A program made the translations under genes and the position numbers. The notes beneath the pieces are model-generated. The model searched no databases. It worked only from the letters and a program-made list of their open reading frames with translations, and was not told the origin of the DNA. A DNA stretch of 64,000 bases from Schmidtea nova (Eukaryota): NCBI GenBank assembly GCA_044892505.1, contig CM097883.1, positions 164,920,001 through 164,984,000 on the forward strand, in the 5' to 3' direction. Below are positions 37,106 to 49,965 of the stretch, in pieces; position 1 is the first letter of the stretch; every line of letters starts with the position of its first letter.

Positions 37106-38027
37106 AACAGGACACATGGATAATTGATTGAGGTACGTTTAAAATTTGAGCTGAGCAGAGGTGCATCAGATATATACGTAAAAAACACATATATAACATA
37201 AACAAATTAATTGTGGAATAAAATTACAGATTAAGAGTAATTGACGTATTTTCCGGATGAAAAATATAAAAGAAAATTGTTTTAGAGAAAATTTCATAAA
37301 TCAAATTAAATTAGAAAAAAACTTTGATTTAAAAATAAAATTTTAGATCGATATAAATTATTTAAAGTTTTATTAAATCTTTATGCAAAAATAATAATTC
37401 AATTTCACTTAAAGTTGTTGAGTTTATATTTGGAGGAGTCGAGAGTTCCTTCTAGAGTGATTTGTTTTGTTGGATGCATTGCTTTTTAATTTAAACAAAA
37501 CATCTCCTTTCTATTTCTTTTCGTTCGATTGTCTTTTATCTTTTCCCCGTTCCGTTTCTAGGGTCGCAATGCGCACATAAAAACAAACTGTGTATGTACC
37601 CGTGAACTTCCTTATTAATCCACGTTGGTAATGTACATAACAGCCGATCGCAAGCCAGCAGGTGAGCTCCTTTACAAGAACTACTCCTGACTTGTCGCAT
37701 CGTTCGGGTTCTACCTGACCGATAGAAGGTCTTATTTCTCTTATTCCCTCACACATTCGCAGGTCTCTAATTTGGGTGAATTGACACTCTAATTGGTTCT
37801 ACTCTCCTTCTGTTCATGGTCTAACACTCCAGCTTTGCCTTTGGTTCAATTTATTGTTAATATCCCCTCAGCCAACTATAACACATTTCAAACTATTTAT
37901 TATACATTTATTTAATTAACACACAAAACAACATTTATTATTCATCATCACGCAAATTTCCCTTTCTCAATGTTTTTTAGCGCCAATATTGATGTAGCGT
38001 TATTCTTCTCGTCGGCGAGTCTTTGTT

Positions 38028-38387
38028 TCAGTTGTCGTCGTCTCGCGCATGTGATTTCCGACGATTCCGGGGTCTTCGCTCCTGCGATCCTTTCGTTAAT
38101 TTCGTTTCCATCTTCTCATCAGGCAATCTGGGAAACCAATTTTCGAGAGTTATTGGCCTGATCTGGTCTCGTAATTGTGTGGTCACAAAATTCTCGGTAA
38201 TCATGCGCCGACAGTTTTTCATTTCTAACCGGGTCGCTTCAAGTTCGATCCGCTGCTCTTCGATCGTCGTTCGCGCTCGTTGTAATGTCTCCTGAACTCT
38301 CTTCATCTCCGCAGGATGAAAGTAACTCTCTTCCAATTCAATTATCCGACGTTTTAACTTTCCCATCGTTTCTCGTTCTGACGTCAT
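38028..38387 (-). CDS. Family E ORF2 copy (119 aa; may be prematurely stopped)
   Basis: ESYFHPAEMK..LEATRLEMKNCRRMITENFVTTQLRDQIRPIT..RRPRNRRKSH. Confidence 0.65.
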   Translation of the reverse strand: MTSERETMGKLKRRIIELEESYFHPAEMKRVQETLQRARTTIEEQRIELEATRLEMKNCRRMITENFVTTQLRDQIRPITLENWFPRLPDEKMETKLTKGSQERRPRNRRKSHARDDDN

Positions 38388-38660
38388 GGTTTTCTTAAGG
38401 AAATTTACGATATTAGTGGAAATTTTAGTTATTGATTCGCCTTGTTAACTGAATCCTTCATCTCTACACTATTTTTACTCTCTGGTTGCCCTTGTCACTC
38501 ACCACTCTATCATACTCATTAAGGTGCACCTATTATTATTTTAATATTCTCGGTTATATATGACAATTTAGATTAGAAAATGCGCGCAACACATACAACG
38601 AAATGAACACGAAATTTGTATATTTTTAACTATAACACTTTGCACAACTGCAGATGGTAA

Positions 38661-39160
38661 TCAACACAAATCAATGAATTCGATAACATCGTCTTCATAA
38701 TCCATCTCACTAACTCCTGAGGGACTTGCAGGTGAATCGGAAGGATCATCAGCGGAAGCAGGGCCTATCACAAATCGTCCGATGCTCCAAAATTCTTCGA
38801 CTGGAATCGTTCCCGTGTAGTAAATGTTAAATCGCCCGGGAATTTCGGTGGGCGTTTCGACAAAATAATTCGGTAGATCTACTGGATACTCTTTATCCAC
38901 ATCAACTGGCCATGCTCGACTACCATGCCACGTGATAATGTCAGGGCTGTCCCTATGCAAACTGAAGGGAAATCCCTGCCCTTTTCCAAGAAAGAAATCA
39001 TATGTTCGTCGACGATCTGCTGTGCCAGATCCGTCGAAAAGTCCTTTAGCGGAAGAGCCCATATCAGAAAATTCTCCCTCGCTCCCGATATCCTTTCCCC
39101 CGATTCCTTCTCCGTCAGACTATCGTCTACCGCTTTTAGGTGAATTCTCAATCGTTACAT
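38661..39160 (-). pseudogene. Family E ORF1 copy (frameshifted)
   Basis: RENFLIWALPLK (38879 frame) and FSLHRDSPDIITWHGSRAWPVDVD..EDDVIEFIDLC (38661 frame). Confidence 0.7.
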
Positions 39161-40984
39161 GTCTAATCTAGATATATTAAACAACATTACAACATTTAGG
39201 AAACATTGGGGAAGCGCCTCTAGAATATTTTTCTATTTTAGAACACCTAGTGTGTGTACGGTACTTTCATCATTACTATTGGGTTTTATTTACTTTCCCT
39301 TTTGGGGTCGTCAATTGTTATTTCCTTTATTTTAATTTTCGTTAATAACTGGAATACATGGTTTCAAATTGGTTTATTTTGGGTCAACATAATTTCACTT
39401 AAATGATAGCGCTAGTGCGGATTAATTCGACGGCCTGAACCCAAGTGGCACTCTCTTCCTCTCAGACGAACTACTCTTCGACTTTTCAGGCCTCTCCATT
39501 GCACTCAATGAAATTCATTCCTGCATTCTCACGACAATTTTCCACTCACCTGGCATCAAGTGGTTTCTCGGCCACTTCACGTTTCCCTGAAAATTTCGAT
39601 CTAAAACCTCTTGACAAATTTTCAACTCATCACACGTGGCCTTAAGTGGTTTTCACTGCCACTTCACATTTTACTAAATTTTCCTTACTCGTGTTGAGAA
39701 CTCGCTACTTGGGATTATGCCACTATCATTACATGCTGTTGACTGAAAATTTCCACATGTTAACTAACGAGATGGGAACACTCCGAGCGGATTTTTTTAT
39801 CAATTTAATCATAACTTCAGTCGGATTTAGGGTAACGGGTACAATCTATCGAAAAAATATTGGTTATTGTTCGGCGCACAGGATCGATTCGTCCGTGGGT
39901 TTGGAATAATTTTCCGCTCTCATATACATTTGATTATATTTATTACCGAATTCGTTAACGATCGGATGGTTATATCCCTCTTACGACGGGTGGAAAAAAA
40001 TTATTGCTAGACGTTTACTGCCAGTAAACCTTCCCGATTTGGCATGGATTATTAACATCATGTTTTAAATCGAACATCTCAGATTCTACTTAACTTGATG
40101 ATATTTACTGTAAGGGAAACCTGCATCGCACGGCTCCGACATTCACCATATTACTTTACATAAAAAGGTCTTGAACGGAAATCCCTATCCTCGCCCCGTT
40201 CCCGAAGGCCCAAAACGAAGATGGAAACTCCCGAAGAGCCGACGAATCCGCACTGATTGTCGAGACCCTCGCATTATCTATATGCATCATATAAACGAAC
40301 GAAAAACACATAGGATTATGATTATTAATTCTATTTGACTGTAATACAATTGACTTACAATTTTCTTCTGAGCAAAATATTGGATTTGAAATTGTCCTCC
40401 GAGTGCTGGTACGTCAATAGTGCGACTATGTGCTGGATGTGACTTTAGTATTTTTTGTATGTGGAAAATGACTTTTTCTGTTGGTAAAATGACATTAATT
40501 TGACTGTCCTGAGCGCTCCTTATATAGTCAAATTGGCGCTCAGGCAGCCAATCAGAATCGAGTAACCTTTTTATCGGTAATGGCTCGATTTTCCTATTAA
40601 TTTATTTTATTTTATTATCCTAGGTTTTATTCATTATTATTTGGTTGGCGATAGAATTAAATTTATTACCAAAAGCAAAGAAGATATCTGTTTTTAAACT
40701 AATAAAATTTACTATCTTTTAAATTGTGATTCATTTACCACATCACATTCTTATTTAACCAAACTTATAAATTTGATTGATTTCTCTCATTTATTGAAAT
40801 CAGAAATCATTTAAAAGGTACACAAACAAAATTTATAAGGAAAAATTGACTTTTGTTTAAAACTTAAATTTATTATCAATATAACTAAATAAACAGAAAT
40901 AAAAATAAACCAGCAATTTTACAATCGTATTTAGAATTCATTGTTATTATCTTCAAGATCTCTAATTACAATTAACTTCTTTAC

Positions 40985-41266
40985 CTAAATTATAATTAAA
41001 AATATTAATGTATTCTTACCCAAATCAGTTTTTAAATTATCGGGACGAACGGATGTAAACATAGTTTTGATTGCAACAGCCATTTTATTTGCAGATTTAG
41101 TTTTGGTAGGAATATCACGAGCAAATTTATTGAAAACATCGATATGTGTTAAAATATATTTGTATCCTTTGTTAATATTCGAATAGGGAATCATTTCCAT
41201 CAAATTCATTTGCCACAAGTCATTAATGCCATATGTTTTATATGCTCTTGTTTGAAATCGTTTCAA
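40985..41266 (-). pseudogene. Polinton/Maverick-type retroviral-like integrase N-terminal fragment
   Basis: YGINDLWQMNLMEMIPYSNINKGYKYILTHIDVFNKFA..LKTDLGK matches the Polinton integrase pattern LWQADL..GYKYLLTVIDVFSK..LQTDxGKEF. Confidence 0.8.
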
Positions 41267-41308
41267 TGTCGGTTTAATAGAAATAAACCAACAATTTTAC
41301 AATCGTAT

Positions 41309-41722
41309 TTAGAATTCATTGTTATTATTTACTTCAAGATCTCTAATGACAATGGAAAGGTTTTCAAATTCATCATCTTCGTACTTTTCCATTATATTAT
41401 AATTATCATTATCAATATGAAAATCCTCATCACAGTCGATGTCGGAATAATATTCCTGATTTTTTTCTTCATCCGAATCTATGACTCGAATCAAGTCCAA
41501 ATTTACATAATGAGAATCGTATTTAAGTGGAGCAATCGTTAAGATTTCAATAACATCATTTTCATTACTAGTAAATATTTCATCAATTCTCGATCCACAT
41601 GATGGACACCTGTTTGTAACAAGGATCCATTTCCATATGCAATCCTCACAGAACTGATGTTCACATCCAACAGCCTTAACAGTCTTTGAACAATTATTTG
41701 ATAAGCAAATACAGCACTCCAT
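41309..41722 (-). CDS. RING-HC (C3HC4) protein with acidic C-terminus, copy 1 (137 aa)
   Basis: CxxC..CxH..CxxC..CxxC spacing: CCIC, GCEHQFCEDC, CPSC. Confidence 0.8.
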   Translation of the reverse strand: MECCICLSNNCSKTVKAVGCEHQFCEDCIWKWILVTNRCPSCGSRIDEIFTSNENDVIEILTIAPLKYDSHYVNLDLIRVIDSDEEKNQEYYSDIDCDEDFHIDNDNYNIMEKYEDDEFENLSIVIRDLEVNNNNEF

Positions 41723-43819
41723 ATTATTAGTTATAAGTTATCAATGAATGTCAGATTTAACTTTCAATTAAAACTAAATATTTACAAAACTAAAATGACG
41801 TAAACATGATTTTCCGTAGAAATTATTTTATACAATTTTAAAAATTGAATGTAAATTATTATAATAATAATAATATTTGTTTGTTTGAAAAATAATAAGC
41901 TTTTTGAGGAATGAAAAATAAAACCAATTTTTTAAAGATTAAATTAGTCTATCTTAAATTGAATATATTTTCGCCAACATGAAACGAGTTTAGAAATTTT
42001 AGTTTGAAAAAACTCAAAGCCCACGAGGCGATGAACTCTTGAAAGCTGGGTTTTGGACTGCCATTGTTACTAAATATCTTTTCGAGCAAGAACTGATTCG
42101 CTGCTTGTAAAACTGGCTATCTGTGGGCGAGAAGTCGTAACTATGATTAATGATTAACATAATCAATACTATTTCATTAAAAGCAATGTAAAAACTTTAA
42201 ATTTATCGATACAAAATTGTTCTCTTCAGAATCTACTCACTTGTTCCACCTTGACAGTAAGTCACTAATTCTTTTCTTGTAAAATCCATCCTCGTCTAAG
42301 GTGAAGAATTCGCCAAAAGCCTATTAATTTTCATTCTAATTCCAGAACTTTATAATGCATTGCTAATACTTTAGTTCAGATACTTAAAAATGTAAAAATC
42401 TCTAGAAACAGGTAGGCGGGAAAATGAGTTGAAACAAAGTAGATAGAAATCACAGATTGACAGGTGTACAAGTTTGCATAAGGAAGAAGTTAAAATAAAT
42501 AGTTTAACAAAATTAAACTAACGACAAGGAATCGTTGTACAAAATGTTGATAACTAAAAGATATACCGAAAAATATGCGTAATGATTGTTGAGAAAACAC
42601 CAGAACTGTAAAGATTATAATAAAATCAGCAACTTCATACTTGATAACCTAATAGTTATGATTTGATTCTGTTGAGTTTTACTAACTGTGTAAAGTTATT
42701 CAAGGCACTTACACCGATATTTATTTAGAATTCCAAAAAAATAATTGCCATCATCAGTTAGTATTTTGTGAGTTACATAACTTTGTATAAATGTCTGTTA
42801 ATAAAGTGAGACAAGTCCAATTAAAATGAGATATTCAAAGATTTGCGTCTCAATAAATGTTGTGTGTTTTGTGATTATACTAAAATAAAATATTGCTATA
42901 CCTTAATGAATTTTCACTATTAAAGAATAAACGGTTCATGTCACAAAAGAATTTTATAGCGTTTTAGATATTCTCGTCCATTTCGTGGTTCAGAATATTG
43001 ACAGTACGGAAGATACTCTACTTTCTAAAAATTATCTTTTTATTGCTTAATGGAAAGACAAAGAGGTAGATAAGTTTGAAGAGCAAAAATCATCAGGGAC
43101 ATTTTTGTGGTGGAAATCATTCCAGATGTGTACTGAATAATTCTGAAAAGGTAGATGACAGAATTGATTCCTTGATGGAAAGTGAGATTAAAATAGAATG
43201 AAAGATAAGAGGCTGTCCAAGTATGATCAACAATGTTGGTGCTTTAGAAATCGAATGAATACGGGAAATAGCCAATGGGGAACGTGTTAGAAGAGATACT
43301 AGGAAAAGATGGAAGAGCGCGTTTCTTGAACGCCAAATGTGATAGAAAGAGATAACGAGATTGTTTTGGAAATTGAGTCTTATCGTAGAAGTGAAGTGAA
43401 TAGAAAATAATGTTGACATCGAGGTTTCATGGAGGATGATTGTCAATTCTAGTGAGCATTTGCATGCTTTTTTATTTTTTTTTCTATAATTTGTTTGTTA
43501 GATAACAGTTAGGTAAATATATTATTTGATGGATTGAGTTTTATGGTTAATTAAGAAGAGATATATTTACAAAATAAAAGTTTGTTATTTTTTAAAAGAA
43601 AATACAAAAAGGTACTTCCTTTACCAATTCTTTAAGGAGACATTGAGGAAAGTGTGGTGACAATTTTATTTCAAAAATAAAACAAGTGGAAAAGATGATT
43701 TGGATGTTTTATTATTTTCGAATAGAAAAGAGTTAAGAATTATAAAGTCTTTTGTGCTTGTTAATAAACTTCAGGTCTAATTATAAATATGATAAAATAA
43801 TAACTATATTTACTAATAA

Positions 43820-44868
43820 TGTTGGGTTATTGGGTCGTTGGTTACTTTATAATTAACAAATTATTACCCTGACTCCAAACGTGCTTTTAATTGACCCACA
43901 ATAACAACTGATAGCATGAAAATTTTATTGATTATCACAAATAACTTCGATTTACAATGAACTGACCAAATTCAAACTACAGCTGATTATACAGTGCTTA
44001 TTACGACACTATAGTGAAGAACAACACTAGTGTATAATCGATGTTCGAAATCCCTCACTGCTGGGGAGTATAACAATTGGTAATTTGGCTGGTTATTTTC
44101 TTTATTTGACTTGGATTTACTCGCTGAATTTTACTAGCTCTATTTTCTCAAACTCTTGAATAAGCTCCTTCTGCTTATCCCTTAGTTTCTGGTTTCGATT
44201 GTTGAATTCTCCTTTTGACTCTTCTTTAATTTTCTCTGGACGTTTTCTGCTTCAAATTTCTCCTGTTTTCCTCTGACTTCAGTCTTTAAACGCAAATATT
44301 CTCCGCAAAATATGTTCTCTCAAATGTTCTGTCTCAAACGTTGTCTCTCAAATATTCTGTCTACAATGTTTCTCTAACCACTTCTGTATACAATGTTGTG
44401 TGTCTTCTGAAATGCTTCCTCCTTTTATACTTCTTCACTTTGTAGCACTTAAAATTATCAGCTGTTGTTACATTTTTCCAACATGATTTTCCATTCATTT
44501 TCTCAGCAACGGAGTTATCTTTGACAGCTGTCAAGATAACCTCTGTTTTTCTCCTTTTTGCCGCTCCGGCTTGTTTGCTTTTTGACCACATTATCTCTGA
44601 CCGGTTGTCAAGATAAAATTCTTGTTGTTGTTTTTGTTTTTCCCAAATTTAGAATTTCTTCCTATTTGCACTAGTTAATTAGTGCTGACCTCTATTTCGT
44701 TTCGCTTGTCTGATTTCTTTTCTTTTGTTTCCCCTTCTCATTTCTCATTCCTTTTTATTTCCGTTTTCTTACACAGGCTCCAATCAATCGTGTCATTCCC
44801 CATGACAATTTTCCCCCAAGTAATTTTGTTTATTTATTATATTATTTTGAATTTAGGTATCCTCAACA
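43820..44868 (-). mobile_element. Solo LTR (1049 bp) with 4-bp TSD ATAA; repeated at 47943-48991, 52065-53113 and 56187-57235
   Basis: ATAA-TGTTGGG...CTCAACA-ATAA. TATA-like CCTTTTATAC at 44421 and minus-strand AATAAA at ~44101. Confidence 0.88.
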
Positions 44869-45428
44869 ATAATATGCTTGATTACTATATTTAAATTTAT
44901 TTTAAATTATTTATATTAATAAATCAAAATATAAACCTTTTTAATTAAAAAAGAATGTAGTTAGAATTTCAAAAAAAAGTTAAAAATGTCAAATATTCCA
45001 GAACCTCAAAACTTTCAATTTTAAAGTGAGAAACCCCAATCTATGTTTTCAATGATCAAAGCTTTCGTGGAAGTTTCGACGATTCGATCAAAGATTCCTA
45101 TTATAAGTCAATTCGGTGTCATTGCCTACTCGGCCTATTTGGTTAGCGAAAGAATTAAAGTTATTACCAAAAGCAAAGAAGATATCTGTTTTTAAACTAA
45201 TAAAATTTACTATCTTTTAAATTGTGATTCATTTACCACATCACATTCTTATTTAACCAAACTTATAAATTTGATTGATTTCTCTCATTTATTGAAATCA
45301 GAAATCATTTAAAAGGTACACAAACAAAATTTATAAGGAAAAATTGACTTTTGTTTAAAACTTAAAATTATTATCAATATAACTAAATAAACAGAAATAG
45401 AAATAAACCAACAATTTTACAATCGTAT

Positions 45429-45842
45429 TTAGAATTCATTGTTATTATTTACTTCAAGATCTCTAATGACAATGGAAAGGTTTTCAAATTCATCATCTTC
45501 GTACTTTTCCATTATATTATAATTATCATTATCAATATGAAAATCCTCATCACAGTCGATGTCGGAATAATATTCCTGATTTTTTTCTTCATCCGAATCT
45601 ATTACTTGAATCATGTTCAAATTTACATAATGAGAATCGTATTTAAGTGGAGCAATCGTTAAGATTTCAATAAAATCGTTTTCATTACTAGAAAATATTT
45701 CATCAATTCTCGATCCACATGATGGACACTTGTTTGTAACAAGGATCCATTTCCATATGCAATCCTCACAGAACTCATGTTCACATCCAACAGCCTTAAC
45801 AGTCTTTGAACAATTATTTGATAAGCAAATACAGCACTCCAT
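45429..45842 (-). CDS. RING-HC protein, copy 2
   Basis: Intact 137-aa ORF, near-identical to copy 1. Confidence 0.8.
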   Translation of the reverse strand: MECCICLSNNCSKTVKAVGCEHEFCEDCIWKWILVTNKCPSCGSRIDEIFSSNENDFIEILTIAPLKYDSHYVNLNMIQVIDSDEEKNQEYYSDIDCDEDFHIDNDNYNIMEKYEDDEFENLSIVIRDLEVNNNNEF

Positions 45843-48800
45843 ATTATTAGTTATAAGTTATCAATAAATGTCAGATTTAACTTTCAATTAAAACTAAATA
45901 TTTACAAAATTAAAATGACGTAAACATGATTTTCCGTAGAAATTATTTTATACAATTTTAAAAATTGAATGTAAAATTATAATAATAATAATAATAATAT
46001 TTGTTTGTTTGAAAAATAATGAGCTTTTTGAGGAATGAAAAATAAAACCAATTTTTTAAAGATTAAATTAGTCTATCTTAAATTGAATATATTTTCGCCA
46101 ACATGAAACGAGTTTAGAAATTTTAGTTTGAAAAAACTCAAAGCCCACGAGGCGATGAACTCTTGAAAGCTGGGTTTTGGACTGCCATTGTTACTAAATA
46201 TCTTTTCGAGCAAGAACTGATTCGCTGCTTGTAAAACTGGCTATCTGTGGGCGAGAAGTCGTAACTATGATTAATGATTAACATAATCAATACTATTTCA
46301 TTAAAAGCAATGTAAAAACTATAAATTTATCGATACAAAATTGTTCTCTTCAGAATCTACTCACTTGTTCCACCTTGACAGTAAGTCACTAATTCTTTTC
46401 TTGTAAAATCCATCATCGTCTAAGGTGAAGAATTCGCCAAAAGCCTATTAATTTTCATTCTAATTCCAGAACTTTATAATGCATTGCTAATACTTTAGTT
46501 CAGATACTTAAAAATGTGAAAATCTGTAGAAACAGGTAGGCGGGAAAATGAGTTGAAACAAAGTAGATAGAAATCACAGATTGACAGGTGTACAAGTTTG
46601 CATAAGGAAGAAGTTAAAATAAATAGTTTAACAAAATTAAACTAACGACAAGGAATCGTTGTACAAAATGTTGATAACTAAAAGATATACCGAAAAATAT
46701 GCGTAATGATTGTTGAGAAAACACCAGAACTGTAAAGATTATAATAAAATCAGCAACTTCATACTTGATAACCTAATAGTTATGATTTGATTCTGTTGAG
46801 TTTTACTAACTGTGCAAAGTTATTCAAGGCACTTACACCGATATTTATTTAGAATTCCAAAAAAATAATTGCCATCATCAGTTAGTATTTTGTGAGTTAC
46901 ATAACTTTGTATAAATGTCTGTTAATAAAGTGAGACAAGTCCAATTAAAATGAGATATTCAAAGATTTGCGTCTCAATAAATGTTGTGTGTTTTGTGATT
47001 ATACTAAAATAAAATATTGCTATACCTTAATGAATTTTCACTATTAAAGAATAAACGGCTCATGTCACAAAAGAATTTTATAGCGTTTTAGATATTCTCG
47101 TCCATTTCGTGGTTCAGAATATTGACAGTACGGAAGATACTCTACTTTCTAAAAATTATCTTTTTATTGCTTAATGGAAAGACAAAGAGGTAGATAAGTT
47201 TGAAGAGCAAAAATCATCAGGGACATTTTTGTGGTGGAAATCATTCCAGATGTGTACTGAATAATTCTGAAAAGGTAGATGACAGAATTGATTCCTTGAT
47301 GGAAAGTGAGATTAAAATAGAATGAAAGATAAGAGGCTGTCCAAGTATGATCAACAATGTTGGTGCTTTAGAAATAGAATGAATACGGGAAATAGCCAAT
47401 GGGGAACGTGTTAGAAGAGATACTAGGAAAAGATGGAAGAGCGCGTTTCTTGAACGCCAAATGTGATAGAAAGAGATAACGAGATTGTTTTGGAAATTGA
47501 GTCTTATTGTAGAAGTGAAGTGAATAGAAAATAATGTTGACATCGTGGTTTCATGGAGGATGATTGTCAATTCTAGTGAGCATTTGCATGCTTTTTTATT
47601 TTTTTTCTATAATTTGTTTGTTAGATAACAGTTAGGTAAATATATTATTTGATGGATTGAGTTTTATGGTTAATTAAGAAGAGATATATTTACAAAATAA
47701 AAGTTTGTTATTTTTTAAAAGAAAATACAAAAAGGTACTTCCTTTACCAATTCTTTAAGGAGACATTGAGGAAAGTGTGGTGACAATTTTATTTCAAAAA
47801 TAAAACAAGTGGAAAAGATGATTTGGATGTTTTATTATTTTCGAATAGAAAAGAGTTAAGAATTATAAAGTCTTTTGTGCTTGTTAATAAACTTCAGGTC
47901 TAATTATAAATATGATAAAATAATAACTATATTTACTAATAATGTTGGGTTATTGGGTTGTTGGTTACTTTATAATTAACAAATTATTACCCTGACTCCA
48001 AACGTGCTTTTAATTGACCCACAATAACAACTGATAGCATGAAAATCTTATTGATTATCACAAATAACTTCGATTTACAATGAACTGACCAAATTCAAAC
48101 TACAGCTGATTATACAGTGCTTATTACGACACTATAGTGAAGAACAGCACTAGTGTATAATCGATGTTCGAAATCCCTCACTGCTGGGGAGTATAACAAT
48201 TGGTAATTTGGCTGGTTATTTTCTTTATTTGACTTGGATTTACTCGCTGAATTTTACTAGCTCTATTTACTCAAACTCTTGAATAAGCTCCTGCTGCTTA
48301 TCCCTTAGTTTCTGGTTTCGATTGTTGAATTCTCCTTTTGACTCTTCTTTAATTTTCTCTGGACGTTTTCTGCTTCAAATTTCTCCTGTTTTCCTCTGAC
48401 TTCAGTCTTTAAACGCAAATATTCTCCGCAAAATATGTTCTCTCAAATGTTCTGTCTCAAACGTTGTCTCTCAAATATTCTGTCTACAATGTTTCTCTAA
48501 CCACTTCTGTATACAATGTTGTGTGTCTTCTGAGATGCTTCCTCCTTTTATACTTCTTCACTTTGTAGCACTTAAAATTATCAGCTGTTGTTACATTTTT
48601 CCAACATGATTTTCCATTCATTTTCTCAGCAACGGAGTTATCTTTGACAGCTGTCAAGATAACCTCTGTTTTTCTCCTTTTTGCCGCTCCGGCTTGTTTG
48701 CTTTTTGCCCACATTATCTCTTACCGGTTGTCAAGATAAAATTCTTGTTGTTGTTTTTGTTTTTCCCAAATTTAGAATTTCTTCCTATTTGCACTAGTTA

Positions 48801-49551
48801 ATTAGTGCTGACCTCTATTTCGTTTCGCTTGTCTGATTTCTTTTCTTTTGTTTCCCCTTCTCATTTCTCATTCCTTTTTATTTCCGTTTTCTTACACAGG
48901 CTCCAATCAATCGTGTCATTCCCCATGACAATTTTCCCCCAAGTAATTTTGTTTATTTATTATATTATTTTGAATTTAGGTATCCTCAACAATAATATGC
49001 TTGATTACTATATTTAAATTTATTTTAAATTATTTATATTAATAAATCAAAATATAAACCTTTTTAATTAAAAAAGAATGTAGTTAGAATTTCAAAAAAA
49101 AGTTAAAAATGTCAAAGATTCCAGAACCTCAAAACTTTCAATTTTAAAGTGAGAAACCCCAATCTATGTTTTCAATGATCAAAGCTTTCGTGGAAGTTTC
49201 GACGATTCGATCAAAGATTCCTATTATAAGTCAATTCGGTGTCATTGCCTACTCGGCCTATTTGGTTAGCGATAGAATTAAAGTTATTACCAAAAGCAAA
49301 GAAGATATCTGTTTTTAAACTAATAAAATTTACTATCTTTTAAATTGTGATTCATTTACCACATCACATTCTTATTTAACCAAACTTATAAATTTGATTG
49401 ATTTCTCTCATTTATTGAAATCAGAAATCAATTAAAAGGTACACAAACAAAATTTATAAGGAAAAATTGACTTTTGTTTAAAACTTAAAATTATTATCAA
49501 TATAACTAAATAAACAGAAATAGAAATAAACCAACAATTTTACAATCGTAT

Positions 49552-49965
49552 TTAGAATTCATTGTTATTATTTACTTCAAGATCTCTAATGACAATGGAA
49601 AGGTTTTCAAATTCATCATCTTCGTACTTTTCCATTATATTATAATTATCATTATCAATATGAAAATCCTCATCACAGTCGATGTCGGAATAATATTCCT
49701 GATTTTTTTCTTCATCCGAATCTATTACTTGAATCATGTTCAAATTTACATAATGAGAATCGTATTTAAGTGGAGCAATCGTTAAGATTTCAATAAAATC
49801 GTTTTCATTACTAGAAAATATTTCATCAATTCTCGATCCACATGATGGACACTTGTTTGTAACAAGGATCCATTTCCATATGCAATCCTCACAGAACTGA
49901 TGTTCACATCCAACAGCCTTAACAGTCTTTGAACAATTATTTGATAAGCAAATACAACACACCAT
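49552..49965 (-). CDS. RING-HC protein, copy 3
   Basis: Intact 137-aa ORF (E2V variant). Confidence 0.8.
   Translation of the reverse strand: MVCCICLSNNCSKTVKAVGCEHQFCEDCIWKWILVTNKCPSCGSRIDEIFSSNENDFIEILTIAPLKYDSHYVNLNMIQVIDSDEEKNQEYYSDIDCDEDFHIDNDNYNIMEKYEDDEFENLSIVIRDLEVNNNNEF

Larger units (their letters stand above)
36278..40640 (-). mobile_element. Family E copy E8 (distal TGTTGGG end intact, interrupted by hAT, promoter-side end replaced by the tandem array)
   Basis: TGTTGGGC at 36278, motif 37558-37731, ORF2 38028-38387, ORF1 38661-39160, promoter 40508-40552. Confidence 0.8.

Noticed and set aside
37511-37756. ORFs over the conserved motif (RPSIGQ.. at 37511 and 33356; alternative frame TFYRS..GAHL) as a protein family
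   Set aside because: Spacer lengths differ by non-multiples of three and stops occur in each candidate frame among copies. Conservation is at the nucleotide level.
43117-44894. Repeated 109-aa, 76-aa and 70-aa ORFs in each tandem unit
   Set aside because: Low-complexity or antisense frames of LTR and decayed DNA, with no domain. They recur only because the unit is repeated.
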